Positions 12,700-25,750 of a DNA stretch of 64,000 nucleotides are shown piece after piece. Positions within the stretch are counted from its first letter, which is position 1; every line of letters starts with the position of its first letter. The translations under genes and the position numbers were made by a program. The notes under the pieces were generated by a model that was given only the letters and a program-made list of their open reading frames with translations, was not told the origin of the DNA and searched no databases. The DNA is from Pristiophorus japonicus (Eukaryota). Location of the stretch: positions 148,676,001-148,740,000 of the forward strand of contig NC_091981.1 of assembly GCF_044704955.1 (NCBI RefSeq), in the 5' to 3' direction.

Positions 12700-13260
12700 G
12701 CATAGAATCTACAGCACAGAAACAGGCTATTCAGCCCAGCCAGTCTATGCTGGCGTTTATACTCCATACCAGTCTGCTCTCATTCTAATTACTTCTGTCC
12801 ACCGCCCTCCCAAATTCCCTTCTCCCTCATATATGCATCAAGCCTCCCCTTAAGTGCAGCAAGTCGATCTAAGAATTCCACATCCTCACCACTCCATAAA
12901 GAAACTCCTCCTAAATTCTTTACTTCATCTGTTGATGGCTAACTTATATTTATGCCTTCTTGTTCTGGACTCACCCACATCCACCTTATCGAACTCCTTC
13001 ATAATTAAAAATCTTCTACCAGGTCTTCTATTTGAGAAAAAAGCCCCAGCCTGGTCCATCTTTCTTGACAGTTACATGCTCCCAATTCTGCTAGTAGCGT
13101 ACTTTTAGTCATTTATATTATATCCGTATTCCCAGATCTCTTTTCCCCATTTAGTTTCTCACCTTCCAAGGAATGAATGGCCTTCTTATTCCTCCTACCG
13201 AAATGAACTATCTCACACTTCACTATATTGAATTTATTTTGACAATTATGCGGCCACTCT
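12700..13260 (-). mobile_element. Old degraded CR1 3' fragments
   Basis: CATAGAATCTACAGCACAGAAACAGGCTATTCAGCCC 3'-end signature and ORF piece KFNIVKCEIVHFGRRN. Confidence 0.7.
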
Positions 13261-13724
13261 GTGAGCCTGTGAGTCAGTGTTTTGGTGCAGACCTTCACAT
13301 TATAAGAATTTCCCCCTCCCACCCTCCCCCCGCGCCCCCTTCCCATGCCCAACCCTCCCTCTCCCGCCCCACCGCCCCACATGACCCTCTGAATTAGGCA
13401 TTATTTTAAAATTTTGAAACCAAAACAGATCGGTTGGGGTCAGATGGGAGGTTAAACTGTTAAAAATCTGAATCCCAACCCCAACCCGCCCACTTCCGGT
13501 TTTAACAGAGGGAGGATGGAGAGCTGTTGGCCAAATATTATAATAAAGCTGCATGCCTCATTTTGAAGCTCCATTTTAAATTTAAGTCTGGCTGGCCTCG
13601 GGCTCTGGAAATTCGACAGCTAAAGGAAGGCGAGGACTGCTGGATCTAGGATCCAGGATTTAAGTGCCTTTCTACTTACCTGCTGGATCTAGCATCCCTG
13701 TCTCCCCAGCGATTGGACATCCCG

Positions 13725-14400
13725 CCCCCACCCACAAGGTCTCGGATTCCCGCCTCTGGCCTTCTGACGCCACCCCCCCCCCCCCCACCCCTCCCACACA
13801 CAAGGTCTCCGATTCTTCCCTCTGGCCTTCTGAGCTCCCTCCCCCACCCCTCCTGCCCACAAGGTCTCCGATCCCCCTGTCTGGCCTTCTGACCCCCCCC
13901 ACCCCTCCCGCCCACAAGGTCTCCGATTCTTCCCTCTGGCCTTCTGAGCCCCCACCTCCACCCCTTCCTCCACAAGGATTCTGATCCCTCCTCTGGCCTT
14001 CTGACCCCCCGCCCACCCCTCCCGCCCACAAGGTCTCCGATTCTTCCCTCTGGCCTTCTGAGCCCCCCCCCCCACCCCTCCTGCCCACAAGGTCTCCGAT
14101 CCCCCTGTCTGGCCTTCTGACCCCCCCCACCCCTCCCGCCCACAAGGTCTCCGATCCATCCTCTGGCTTTCTGACCCATGCACTCCTCCCACCCACAAGG
14201 TCTCCGATCCCCCCTCCGGCCCTCTGACCACCCACACATCACCCCCCCCTTCTCCAAGGCCTCCAATTCCCCCTCCGGCCTTCTGACCTCCCACGCCCCC
14301 ACAACCTCCGATCCCCCCTCCGACCTTCTGACTCCCCCTGTCCACGGTCTCAGATCCTCTTTCTGGCCTTCCAATCTTCGATCCCCAGCCTGCGAGCCCT
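13725..14400. repeat. C-rich minisatellite, about 12 units of ~45-65 bp, core CAAGGTCTCCGAT...TCTGGCCTTCTGA
   Basis: Directly visible tandem units. They explain the overlapping Gly/Pro-rich ORFs in the ORF track. Confidence 0.95.
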
Positions 14401-15189
14401 TGTCCAGCCTCCGATCCCGGAATCAATTTGAGGCCTAACTCTGGATTCACTCTACAACTTTAAAATTGGTGCAAAGCAAAATCACATTTTACTGATGCTG
14501 CCTTTGTAGTGGAAATGCACTGTTAAAAGACATGTTTTTTATGCAGTTCGACAAACTAGAAGAACTGCAGCAGAAGTGGTAGCAGGGATCAGAAACCCTC
14601 CAGTCAGCAGGAATGTTCATTACAGAAATTACTAATTACGTGTTTTGATCACAGCAGAATTAGAGTAATGCAAAAAAATCAGTCAGATCTGGCAGAATAT
14701 TAAAAGGTCATGTAATTTTTGGGTCAAAAGATATGTTACGGCTGTGAGATCTTTGAGGATGATCTGTGTAATGCTACAAGGCAGAAGAGAGATGTTCTGT
14801 GGTGGTAGACTGCTGAGCAGAACACTGCAGGCTTTACGAAGGACTTCAGTTTGATGACTCCTTACCAGCGTGTTCGGCTGGTTGCGTATATCGTCCTCCA
14901 GAGAGCTGGGTTACCAATTAAAATATCTTAATCAATCAATTCCAGTAATATTCTAATGTACATTCAAATTTAACGGTGCATCCATGGGTTTCCTGGGATT
15001 CCCGAAAATCACCATTGATACCAAGACGAGAACAGAATAGCAATTCATGGAGCTCATTAAAAGTCAGGTAAATACAGCAATACTCAATGCTTCCAGCTAC
15101 TTTCTTACCTACCATGTGGAAAGGGTTTATTGAGAGCAATAGTGGTGAGGTTAATTTCTGAACTTTGGACATTTTGAGATTCAATATCA

Positions 15190-15785
15190 GGATGAATGGC
15201 GCCAAGACTGCCTAGACTAGACCTCGGACAAGGAGAAAGATGACCATCACCAGCATCAACAGCCTGCTGTGGAGATACCAGCAGGCGGTCAGCAGAGAGG
15301 GGAGAAGCAGAGGGGTGGAGCTCGTAGGAGGCACAAACCGCGTAACAGGGTGTACAGGCAGAGGCTCAGCTTCCTAGACCTCTCGGAATAGCAGTGTTTC
15401 CAGAGGCTGAGGTTGTTGCATCAGGTGGTGGCAGACATCTGCTGCCTTCTAGAAGCAGACCTGCTCCTTGCTGGACCTGGTGGCCAAGCATTAACAGTGG
15501 TTGTGAAAGTGACCACCGCCCTCAACTTTTTTGCCTCCGGATTCTTACAGGGCACTGCCAGAGACATATCCAGGATCTCCCAGTCAGTTGTATATATATG
15601 CATAAAATAGGTCACCGATGGATAGTTTGCCAGCGATGACACCAGTCAGAATGAGCGAACACTTGGGTTTGCATCTCAGGCTGGCTTCCCACAGATGCAG
15701 GGCATCATTGACTGCACACATAGCAATCCGTGCAACCCCAGATCAGCTCGGAGTATTCGTAAACTGCAAGGGATTTAATTCCTTC
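15190..15785 (+). pseudogene. HARBI1-like Harbinger transposase, N-terminal fragment
   Basis: RVYRQRLSFLDLSE*QCFQRLRL..QVVADICCLLEADL...VKVTTALNFFASGFLQG...SRISQS, then GIIDCTHIAIRA...FVNCKGFNS. Contains stops and frameshifts. Confidence 0.9.
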
Positions 15786-15786
15786 A

Positions 15787-16212
15787 TGGGGCGAAAGTTA
15801 AAGGGGAGGTGCACTCGTCCGCGTGCCGCCATTTTTTTCTTCCCGACTTACTTCCCGGTTTGCTGGTGAACGATGTCGCGGGGGCCGGGCTGCGCTCGTG
15901 CAGCCCAGCACTCCATTTCGATGCCGGGTTGCGACCATGGCACCCCTTAGCTCTGGAGGGCATCAAAGGGCCTGCAGAGCTCACAGAGTCACTCTTCTTT
16001 AAAGGAAGAGAGGGGCGTTGAAACACGTCAGTGCTACGCGGAGAGGCCATAACGCTCCATGTCTGTATAGTGTCCCCGATCACACCCCGAAAGGCGCTCC
16101 CTGTGAGGGGCGGTAACCCGAATTTCGATTCTGGGTGGGACTTCTGCGGCAGGCACAGAATGTCCGAAACCTGAGAGGTTACCGCCCCCAACCAGGGCGA
16201 CTGTTAATTTCA
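15787..16212 (+). mobile_element. Right half of a Harbinger MITE (family of 50753-51401)
   Basis: Ends GTTACCGCCCCCAACCAGGGCGA...AATTTCACCC, like the ends at 51361-51401 and 62125-62164. Confidence 0.7.
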
Positions 16213-16455
16213 CCCGCCTTTCCCTTTGTAATAAAGATGAACAAACCATTTGCTTTCCTAATTGCTTGCTGTACCTGCATGTTAACTTTCTGTGATTTGT
16301 GTACAAGCACACACAAATCCCTCTGAACACCAAAATTCTTTCGCCATTTCAAAAATATTGTACTTTTCTATTTTTCCTACCAAAGTGGATATCTTCACAT
16401 TTCTCCATATTATATTCCATCTGCCATTTTCTTGCCCACTCGCTTAACCTGTCTA

Positions 16456-17052
16456 AGAACATAAGAACATAAGAATTAGGAACAGGAGTAGGCCATCGGG
16501 CCCCTCGAGCCTGCTTCGCCATTCAAAAAGATCATGGTTGATCTGGCCGTGGACTCAGCTCCACTTACCCGCCCGCTCCCCATAACCCTTAATTCCCTTA
16601 TTGGTTAAAAATCTATCTATCTGTGATTTGAATACATTCAATGAGCTAGCCTCAACTGCTTCCTTGGGCAGAGAATTCCACAGATTCACAACCCTCTGGG
16701 AGAAGAAATTCCTTCTCAACTCGGTTTTAAATTGGCTCCCCCGTATTTTGAGGCTGTGCCCCCTAGTTCTAGTCTCCACGACCAGTGGAAACAACCTCTC
16801 TGCCTCTATCTTGTCTATCCCTTTCATTATTTTAAATGTTTCTATAAGATCACCCCTCATCCTTCTGAACTCCAACGAATAAAGACCCAGTCTACTCAAT
16901 CTATCATCATAAGGTAACCCCCTCATCTCCGGAATCAGCCTAGTGAATCGTCTCTGTACCCCCTCCATGGCTAGTATATCATTCCTTAAGTAAGGTGATT
17001 AAAACTGCTCGCAGTATTCGAGGTGCGGCCTTACCAATACCCTGTACAGTTG
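16456..17052 (-). mobile_element. Young CR1 3' end, (TTCTTATG)n-tail family
   Basis: ORF EGVQRRFTRLIP...RTRGHSLK...FFSQRVVNLWNSLP. Nearly identical to 26862-27460. Confidence 0.95.
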
Positions 17053-17068
17053 CCTTTGCAGCCACTTT

Positions 17069-19709
17069 GGGGTGAAGTTTCGGCCGCCCGCGAGAACGGC
17101 GCACATCGGAGAGGCCCGCCTAATTTATAGAACAAAAATTGCGCCAAATACATACCTCGCGATTCTCCAATAGCTGTAGGCCCAATTCAACCTTAGCGCA
17201 GCGCAGCAGGAGCTGCTGGGGGTGGAGCTACAGCCCTGAGCCGAAAACAGTACCGGCAGCTGCGTGCGTGCGCAGTAGCTGCCGACGTCCTGTCTCCGGG
17301 GTGACGACCCTATCCCAGGCCGAAGAGACGTCGCCCCTATCCCCAGCCGAGTGGCCTGCGCAGCTTACCTCGGCGGCGGGGCCCGCCCGCCTGGCCTCTC
17401 ACTGGGGCGGGCCCCGCCCAAAGAGTCGGCGGCATTGGCAGCAGCCCGGCATCTTCTTCTCTCTCCCACCACATCATCTTAGAAACATAGAATCATAGAA
17501 ACATAGAAAATAGGTGCAGGAGTAGGCCATCCGGCCCTTCGAGCCTGCACCATCATTCAGTAAGATCATGGCTGATCATTCCTTCAGTACCCCGTTCCTG
17601 CTTTCTCTCCATACCCCGTGATCCCTTTAGCCGCAAGGACCATATCTAACTCCCTCTTGAATATATCCAATGAACTGGCATCAACAACTCTCTGCGGTAG
17701 GGAATTCCACAGGTTAACAACTCTCTGAATGAAGAAGTTTCTCCTCATCTCAGTTCTAAATGGCCGACCCCTTATCTTAAGACTATGTCCCCTGGTTCTG
17801 GACTTCCCCAACATTGGGAACATTATTACTGCATCTATCCTGTTCAGTCCCGTCAGAATTTTATATGTTTCTATGAGATCCCCTCTCATCCTTCTAAACT
17901 CCAATGAATACAGGTGCAATCGATCCAGTCTCTCCTCATATGTCAGTCCTGCCATCCCAGTAATCAGTCTGGTGAACCTTCACTGCACTCCCTCAATAGC
18001 AAGAACGTCCTTCCTCAGATTAGGAGGCCAAAACTGAACACAATATTCCAGGTGGGGCCTCACCAAGGCCCTGTACAACTGCAGTAAGACTTCCCTGCTC
18101 CTATACTCAAATCCCCTTGCTATGAAGGCCAACATACCATATGCCTTCTTCACCGCCTGCTGCACCTGCATGCCAACTTTCAATAACTGATGAATCATGA
18201 CACCCATTTTTCGTTGTACCTCCCTTTTTCCTAATCTGCCACCATTCAGATAATATTCTGCCTTCGTGTTTTTGCCCCCAAAGTGGATAACCTCACATTT
18301 ATCCACATTATACTGCATCTGCCATGCATTTGTCCACTCACCTAACCTGTCCAAATCACCCTGCAGCCTCTTAGCGTCCTCCTCACAGCTCACACTGCCA
18401 CCCAGTTTAGTGTCTTCTGCAAACTTGGAGATACTACACTTAATTCCATCATCCAAATCATTAATATATATTTTAAAGAGCTGGGGTCCCAGTACTAAGC
18501 CTTGCGGCACTCCACTAGTCACTGCCTGCCATTCTGAAAGGGACCCGTTAATCCCACCTCTCTGCTTCCTGTCTGCCAACCAGTTCTCTATCCAAGTCAG
18601 TACATTACCTCCAATACCATGTGCTTTGATTTTGCACAACAATCTCTTGTGTTGGACCTTGCCAAACGCCTTTTGAATACACCACATCCACTGGTTCTCC
18701 CCTGTCCACTCTATTAGTCACACCCTCAAAAAATTCCAGAAGATATGTCAAGCATGATTTCCCCTTCATAAATCCATGCTGACTTGGACCAATTCTATCA
18801 CTGCTTTCCAAATGTGCTGCTATTTCATCCTTAATGATTGATTCCAACATTTTCCCCACGACAGACTGGTCTATAATTACCCGTTTTCTCTCTCCTTTTT
18901 AAAAAAGTGGTGTTACATTAGCAACCCTCCAGTCCATAAGAACTGATCCAGAGTCGATAGACTATTGGAAAATTATCACCAATGCATCCACTATTTCTAG
19001 GGCCACTTTCTTAAGTACTCTGGGATGTAGACTATCTGTCCCTGAGGATTTATCAGCCTTCAATCCCATCAATTTCCCACCTAATAAGGATATCCTTCAG
19101 TTCCTCCTTCTCACTAGATCTTCGGACCCCTAGTACAGCTTCTCTCCCCCCCTCCATCATCTCCGCCCCGCCCATCATCTTGTCTTCCCCTCTTCTCCCT
19201 GGTGCTGCAGTAGGTGAGTGGAAATAATGTTTTTATTTATTGAGTGATTTTTAATTTTTTTTTTATATTATATTTTTTAATTTATTTTGATTGATTTATT
19301 GGTTTATTTATCATTTATTATTGATGATGGCTCTTTATTTGTAAAAGTGAAGTGTTTAGTGTTTGCTAACCCCCTCCCCCGCCGCCCCCCACCCCCCCCA
19401 CCCCTAGTTCCCTACGCCTGATTTGTAACCTACGCCTGATTTTCTAAGTGCAGGCAAGGTTTTTTTGAGCGTACAAAAATCTGCACTTACTCCATTCTAA
19501 GTTAGTTTGGAGTAAGTTTTCGCTGCCTAAACTTGCAAAAGAGGCATAAGTGGCCGGACACGCCCCCTTTTGAAAAAAAAATCTGTTCTAAAATGAAACT
19601 GTTTTAACTCACTAGAACTGGAGCAAACTAAAGGCCGAGAATTGCAATTTCTAAGATACTCCATTCTAAACTAGTTGCTCCAAAAAAACTCAGGCCGAAA
19701 CTTGACCCC
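17069..19709 (+). mobile_element. Non-autonomous Harbinger-type DNA transposon carrying a nested CR1
   Basis: TIRs GGGGTGAAGTTTCGGCC / GGCCGAAACTTGACCCC (16 of 17 match); TSD TTT. Confidence 0.85.
17480..19135 (-). mobile_element. CR1 RT and 3' end, (TTTCTATG)n-tail family
   Basis: GVPQGLVLGP...KFAEDTKLGG...RPHLEYCVQFW in broken frames. Confidence 0.95.
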
Positions 19710-19893
19710 TTTGTGTCCTCCTCAAAACTTACTTTCCCACTAGTTTTGTTACGTCAGCAAACTTGGATACATTACACTTTGTCCACGCATTGATATAGAT
19801 TGTAAATAGCTGAGGCACAACCACTGACCCTTGGTGGTACCCCACTAGTTATAGGCTGCCAACCCGAAAATTACCCATGTGTTCCAACTCTGT

Positions 19894-21021
19894 GGGCTCA
19901 AGTTTTGGCTCGAGTTACTCCTATTTTTTTGGAGCAACTAGTTTAGTATGGAGTATCTTAGAAATTGCAATTCTTGGCCTTTAGTTTGCTCCAGTTCTAG
20001 TGAGTTAGAATAGTTTCATTTTAGAACAGTTTTTTTTTCAAAAGTGGGTGTTACCAACCACTTACGCCTGTTTTGCAAGTTTAGGCAGCAAAAACTTACT
20101 CCAACCTAACTTAGAATGGAGTATGTGTAGATTTGTGTACACTCAGAAAAACCAGCATAATTTTTAAATCACAATAAATAAACATTAAATCAAGTAATAA
20201 AAATTCGAAGTCCTACCTTACTGACTGGAGCACACACCGAAATTGACGTATTTTGTATCTAGACGCTTATTAATTTAGGTGTTTATTAATTTGCTGCTTC
20301 CAGATTGCAAGATTCCACTTTTAGAATTCCAACCAGTCCGGAATAAAAGCCGGGCATTTCTCCCCCAGTCTAGGCACGCTCCCCGCGGATGCGTTCTTGG
20401 AGTGTCATCTCCTTACTTTGCCGAAATCTGTGGATGTCAGAGAATGTTCAAAGAGTCCAGCTCAGAGATGTCAATATCGGGCAGGTCCCACATCTGAGCT
20501 TTTCAATCACGAGTCTGTATCAGTCACTTACCTGGAGTGTTTTCTCACAGCCAGAACATAGTCTTGTTAAATGAGGCACGCTGCATCTGTCAGCAGGAGT
20601 TGTGTGCCCTGTTTTCTGCCCTGTTACTGATCATCATCCCAGCGATAATCGGTGTGGGTGTTTCTAGGAAGCCCGAGTCCCGATAACTATTTAAGCACAT
20701 CTTCAATGCCCAGGGAGCCCATCTGGCCAGGGCTAGGGGCAGCATGCTTCGGCCCCTCTCAGCGTTGCAGAGATTCAGGCTGCGAGGAGCTACTGCACAT
20801 GCGCGCGCACTCTAGCACGCATGTGCAGAGGTCCCGACACTGTTTTCAGCGCCGGGACCTGGCTCCGCCCCCCACCCCTTGTGCTGCACTACGCCAAGAC
20901 CGAAGACGTACTGTGGAGCTCGGAGAATTAGAAGGTAACTTTTCGCCACCCTATTTATTCTAGAAAGTCGCCGCACCTCATGGAGGTGCGCCGTTTTTAC
21001 AGGGGCCGTAAACTTGAGCCC
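19894..21021 (-). mobile_element. Second copy of the same Harbinger-type family, inverted orientation
   Basis: TIRs GGGCTCAAGTTT / AAACTTGAGCCC; TSD TGT. Segment 19894-20155 is the reverse complement of 19440-19709. Confidence 0.85.
20254..20688 (-). mobile_element. Probable solo LTR nested in the MITE
   Basis: Starts TGTATC and ends GATAACT (CA to CT change), flanked by ATTT on both sides. AATAAA on the minus strand near 20285. Confidence 0.55.
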
Positions 21022-21654
21022 TGTATTCTGTCCATTAACTAATATATTACCCCCATCCCATGAGCACTAATTTTGTTTAATAACCTCTTGTGTGGCACCT
21101 TCTTGAATGCTTTTTGAAAATCCAAATACACTACATCCACTGGTTCCCCCTTATCTACCCTGCTAGTAACAACATCAAAAAACTCTAACAGATTTGTCCC
21201 TTTCATAAATTCATCATGACTCTGTCCAATAATATTATGATTTTCTAAGTGCCCTGTTACCACGCCCCTAATAATAGATTCTAGCACTTTATCTACTACT
21301 GATTTCAGGCTAACTGGTCTATAGTTCTCTGTTTTCTCTCTCCCTCCTTTTTTGAATAGTGGGGTTATGTTTGCTTCCTTCCAATCCATGGGGACTGTTC
21401 TCGTATCTAGGGATTCTTACATTTTATCATGTGTAATGAAAAAGTGGCACGATGGGAATTTAGGTAAGGGATAGATCCTTCGGACCAGGAGGAAGAGATA
21501 GGCAGGCTACTTTGGATGAGAAAGGATAACTTGTTTGTTGTATGTAACCATGCAAATCAACTGAGAACAGTTGACCAGCTTGATTAAAACAATTTTGTCC
21601 TCCCGAAGGATTTAATCCATGAAAATACCTAATAATGGTGGGAGGACTCAGTGA

Positions 21655-23960
21655 TAGAAACATAGCAACATAGAAAATAGGTGCAGGAGTAGGCCATTCC
21701 GCCCTTCAAGCCTGCACCGCCATTCAATAAGATCATGGCTGATCATTCCTTCAGTACCCCTTTCCTGCTTTTTCTCCATATGAATTGATCCCCTTAGCCG
21801 TAAGGGCCATATCTAATCCTTCTTGAATATATCCAATGAACTGACATCAACAGCTCTCTGCGGCAGAGAATTCCACAGGTTAACAACTCTCTGAGTGAAG
21901 AAGTTTCTCCTTATCTCAGTCCTAAATGGTCTATCCTTATCCTAAGGCTATGTCCCCTGGTTCTGGACTTCCCCAACATTGGGAACATTCTTCCCTCATC
22001 TAACCTGTCCCGTCCCATCAGAATCTTATACATTTCTATGGCATCCCCTCTCATCCTTCTAAACTCCAGTGAATAAAGGCCCAGTTGATGCAGTCTCTCC
22101 ACATGTGACAGTCCAGCCATCCCTGGAATCAATCTGGTGAACCTTCGCTGCACTCCCTCAATAGCAAGAACGTCCTTCCTCAGATTAGGAGACCAAAACT
22201 GAACACAATATTCCAGGTGAGGCCTCACTAAGGCCCTGTACAACTGCAGTAAGACCTCCCTGCTCCTATACTCAAATCCCCTAGCTATGAAGGCCAACAT
22301 ACCATTTGCCTTCTTCACCGCCTGCTGTACCTGTATGCCCACTTTCAGTGACTGATGAACCATGACACCCAGGTCTCGTTACACCTCCCCTTTTCCTAAT
22401 CTGCCGCCATTCAGATAATATTCTGCCTTCGTGTTTTTGCCCCCAAAATGGATAACCTTACATGTATCCACATTATACTGCATCTGCCATACATTTGCCC
22501 ACTCACCTAACCTATCCAAGTCACCCTGCAGCCTCTTAACGTCCTCCTCACAGCTCATACCACCATCCAGTTTAGTTTTATCCACAAACTTGGAGATATT
22601 ACAATCAATTCCTTCATCTAAGTCGTTAATGTATATTGTAAAGAGCTGGGGTCCCAGCGCTGAACCCTGCGGCACTCCACTAGTCACTGCCTGCCATTCT
22701 GAAAAGGACCCATTTATCCCGACTCTCTGCTTCCTGTCTGCCAACCAGTTCTCTATCCACGTCAGTACATTACCCCCAATACCATGCGCTTTGATTTTGC
22801 ACACCAATCTCTTGTGCGGGACCTTGTCAAAAGCCTTTTGAAAGTCCAAATATATCACATCCACTGGTTCTCCCTTGTCCACTCTGCTAGTTACATCCTC
22901 AAAAAATTCCAGAAGATTCGGTCAAGCATGATTTCCCTTTCATAAATCCATGCTGACTTGGTCCAATCCTGTCACTGCTTTCCAAATGCGCTGCTATTTC
23001 ATCCTTAATGATTGATTCCAACATTTTCCCCATGACTCATGTCAGACTAACCAGTCTATAATTACTCGTTTTCTCTCTCACTCCTTTTTTAAAAAGTGGT
23101 GTTACATTAGCTACCCTCCAGACCATAGGAACTGATCCAGAGTTGATAGACTGTTGGAAAATGATCACCAATGCATCCACTATTTCTAGGGCCACTTCCT
23201 TAAGTACTCTGGGATGCAGACTATCAGGCCCCGGGGATTTATCGGCCTTCAATCCCATCAATTTCCCTGACACAATTTCCCGCCTAATAAGGATATCCTT
23301 CAGTTCCTCCTTCTCACTAGACCCACTGTCCCCTTGTACATTCGGGAGGCTATTCGTGTCTTCCTTCGTGCAGACGGAACCGAAGTATTGGTTCAATTGG
23401 TCTGCCATTTCTTTGTTCCCATTATAAATTCACCTGAATCCGACAGCAAGGGACCTATGTTTGTCTTCACTAATCTTTTTCTCTTCACATATTTCTAGAA
23501 GCTTTTGCAGTCAGTTTTTATGTTCCCTGCTAGCTTCCTCTCGTACTCTATTTTCCCCCTCTTAATTAAACCCTTAGTCCTCCTCTGTTGAATTCTAAAT
23601 TTCTCCCAGTCCTCTGGTTTGTTGCTTTTTTTAGCCAATTTATATGCCTCTTCCTTGGATTTAACACGATCCTTAATTTCTCTTGTTAGCCATGGTTGAG
23701 CCACCTTCCCAGTTTTATTTTTACTCTAGACAGGGATGTACAATTGCTGAAGTTCATCCATGTGATCTTTAAATGTTTGCCATTGCTTATCCACCGTCAA
23801 CCATTTAAGTATCCTTTGCCAGTCTATTCTAGCCAATTCACGCCTCATACCATCGAAGTTACCTTTCCTTAAGTTCAGGACCCTAGTTTCCGAATTAACT
23901 TTGTCACTCTCCATCTTAATGAGGAATTCTACCATATTATGGTCACTCTTCCCCAAGGGG
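21655..23960 (-). mobile_element. CR1 ORF2 (2.3 kb, frameshifted) with (TTTCTATG)n tail
   Basis: Serial ORF pieces from GKSDHNMVEF through KSPGPDSLHPRVLKE and DFQKAFDKVPH to RTRGHSL. Confidence 0.95.
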
Positions 23961-24199
23961 AAGATGGTGGTACCCTTAATTGTTAGGGAGAATGGCTGGA
24001 CCTGTTCTTGATTGAGGTGGCCAATACTTGGCACCTATGTGGCACAAATATTACTTGTCACTTGCCAGCCCAATGTTTACTTCAGCAGAACCTTCATGGA
24101 TGAGCAATTGTTACCAAAAATGTCAGCTTTATGGATAGGGAATAGGAGTTACAGTTTAGGATATTTTTGACTTCACAAAGGGGTTACAGATGACAAAAG

Positions 24200-24850
24200 C
24201 CATTCACATTCGATCATTGGCCAAAAAAATCCTCCATTCCTTCAACTGATGCCAAGGCTCCTGCTTTCACTAATTGGAAGTGAAATTCCAAGTGTCAATT
24301 GTGTCAGAAATAATTTCCAATATGAGTCTTAAATTTGCCTTTCACTAATTTGAATCCATGTCTCCTTGTCCTACTCTTATGGTTTAGTTTGAAGTAATTT
24401 TTCAGATTTACCTTTCCATACTGTTTACTATCTTATATTCCTATAAGATCATCTCTCAGTCTTCCACCTTCAAGGCTGAAATGCCTACATTGTTCCAGTA
24501 TTTTCACATACCTGTCCTCTAACATCAGGGATCATTCATGTGGCTCTATGAACCACCTCCAGGGCCTGAATGTCTCACTTAGTCTTGGCACAGTACTCAA
24601 GTTGTGGTAGGATCAAAACACTGCACAGACTTAATTATACAGTACAGCCTCTATTTGATTTGCTAATTTATGTTCTGTAATGATTCGATATGTTGGATCT
24701 ATTAAACCCTGCAGATCCCTTTCAATTTCATCCAGAACTCTTTCAACGCCATTTATGAGGTGCATGTTCTGCTCATTATTTCCTCCGGTGTAGTACTTTA
24801 CACTTCCCCATATTAAATTTCAAGTGTCATTGATCAGCTCACTTATATAT
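24200..24850 (-). mobile_element. Highly degraded CR1 3' region (a further old fragment lies at 26335-26860)
   Basis: Residual similarity to CR1, including GGAAGTGAAATTCCA, TATAAGATCATCTCTC and SKHGLRWGRSCQTNLLD. Confidence 0.6.
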
Positions 24851-25656
24851 GAGAGTAGATTTTACAAATTCCTATTCCTTGCACGGACCTTCACCTGCTG
24901 GGAAAGCACATTGGGAATACAAGAGCATAGATCAGCACCAGCAGGGCTAACTGACCTGCATGCCTGATGAACTGGCTGGGAGTTTAACCCTCCTCGCCCA
25001 ACGTCAATGGCTTCGTGGGATGGGCTAAAATTTGAAAAACTAGCTTCTGGCTCCCACCCACCATGTACCCGGATGCCATCATTTTTATGACCGGGAATGA
25101 TGCCATCAACAAGGCTCCAACCAAAGGCAGGCAGGGGCTAAATTAATATTCAAGAGTCAAGGCTCGAGTCTCGCAGTGTCTGCTCTACAGTCCGGCAGCA
25201 GAACCACAGCAGGAGGTGCCGACTGGCCAGAAGAGGCCCAGTAAGTTTAAAACATTTGCTTCTGTTAGAGATCCATGTGGGCCAGGAGGAGCAGAAGTGC
25301 TCCCCCGCCTCAGGCCTCGCAAGGGATCCTTGGGCCGCCCCAGCCTCAGCCTTGCCCTGATCGCGCTGGAACCTCCTTCCCCCTTGATCCCTGATCACCT
25401 CCAGAACCCTCCTCCCACTGTCTGACAGGGATTGTTCCCACAGGTCCCTAGCTAAGGCCTCCTGCCACCAAATTCTGGCTCCCACCAGGCAGCCAGATAA
25501 TGAACCTGGTTCGGTGTTAGACGGGAGTCCGAGAAGTTTTATTTAAACGAGGCCCTGCTGTTAAGAATGGTAGGGCCTCCACATCCACGAATTCCCCATG
25601 TGCGGTGCCACTTTGGGCACACAAAACAGGATTGGGAATTCATAAAATCTACCCTC
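24851..25656. mobile_element. Non-autonomous Harbinger-like element
   Basis: TIRs GAGAGTAGATTTTACAAATTCC / GGAATTCATAAAATCTACCCTC (19 of 22 match). TSD not conserved. Confidence 0.7.
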
Positions 25657-25750
25657 CTTTGTCCAACGCAGTTTATAGTATCTGAATTAACTGAATTAGT
25701 TTGGCATCATATGCAAATTTGGCCAGTTGGCATTCAGCTTCTGAATCCAT

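Larger units (their letters stand above)
16213..21415 (-). mobile_element. Older CR1 copy split by nested insertions (pieces 16213-16455, 17053-17068, 19710-19893, 21022-21415)
   Basis: The pieces join into colinear CR1 RT sequence, e.g. DWKEANITPLFKKGGREKTENYRPVSL...DFQKAF. Confidence 0.8.

Noticed and set aside
13664-14450. Overlapping 187-253 aa Gly/Arg/Pro-rich ORFs
   Set aside because: Artefact of the stop-free minisatellite.
15190-15785. Domesticated HARBI1 or NAIF1 host genes
   Set aside because: All Harbinger coding segments in the window have stops or frameshifts and lie in transposon context.
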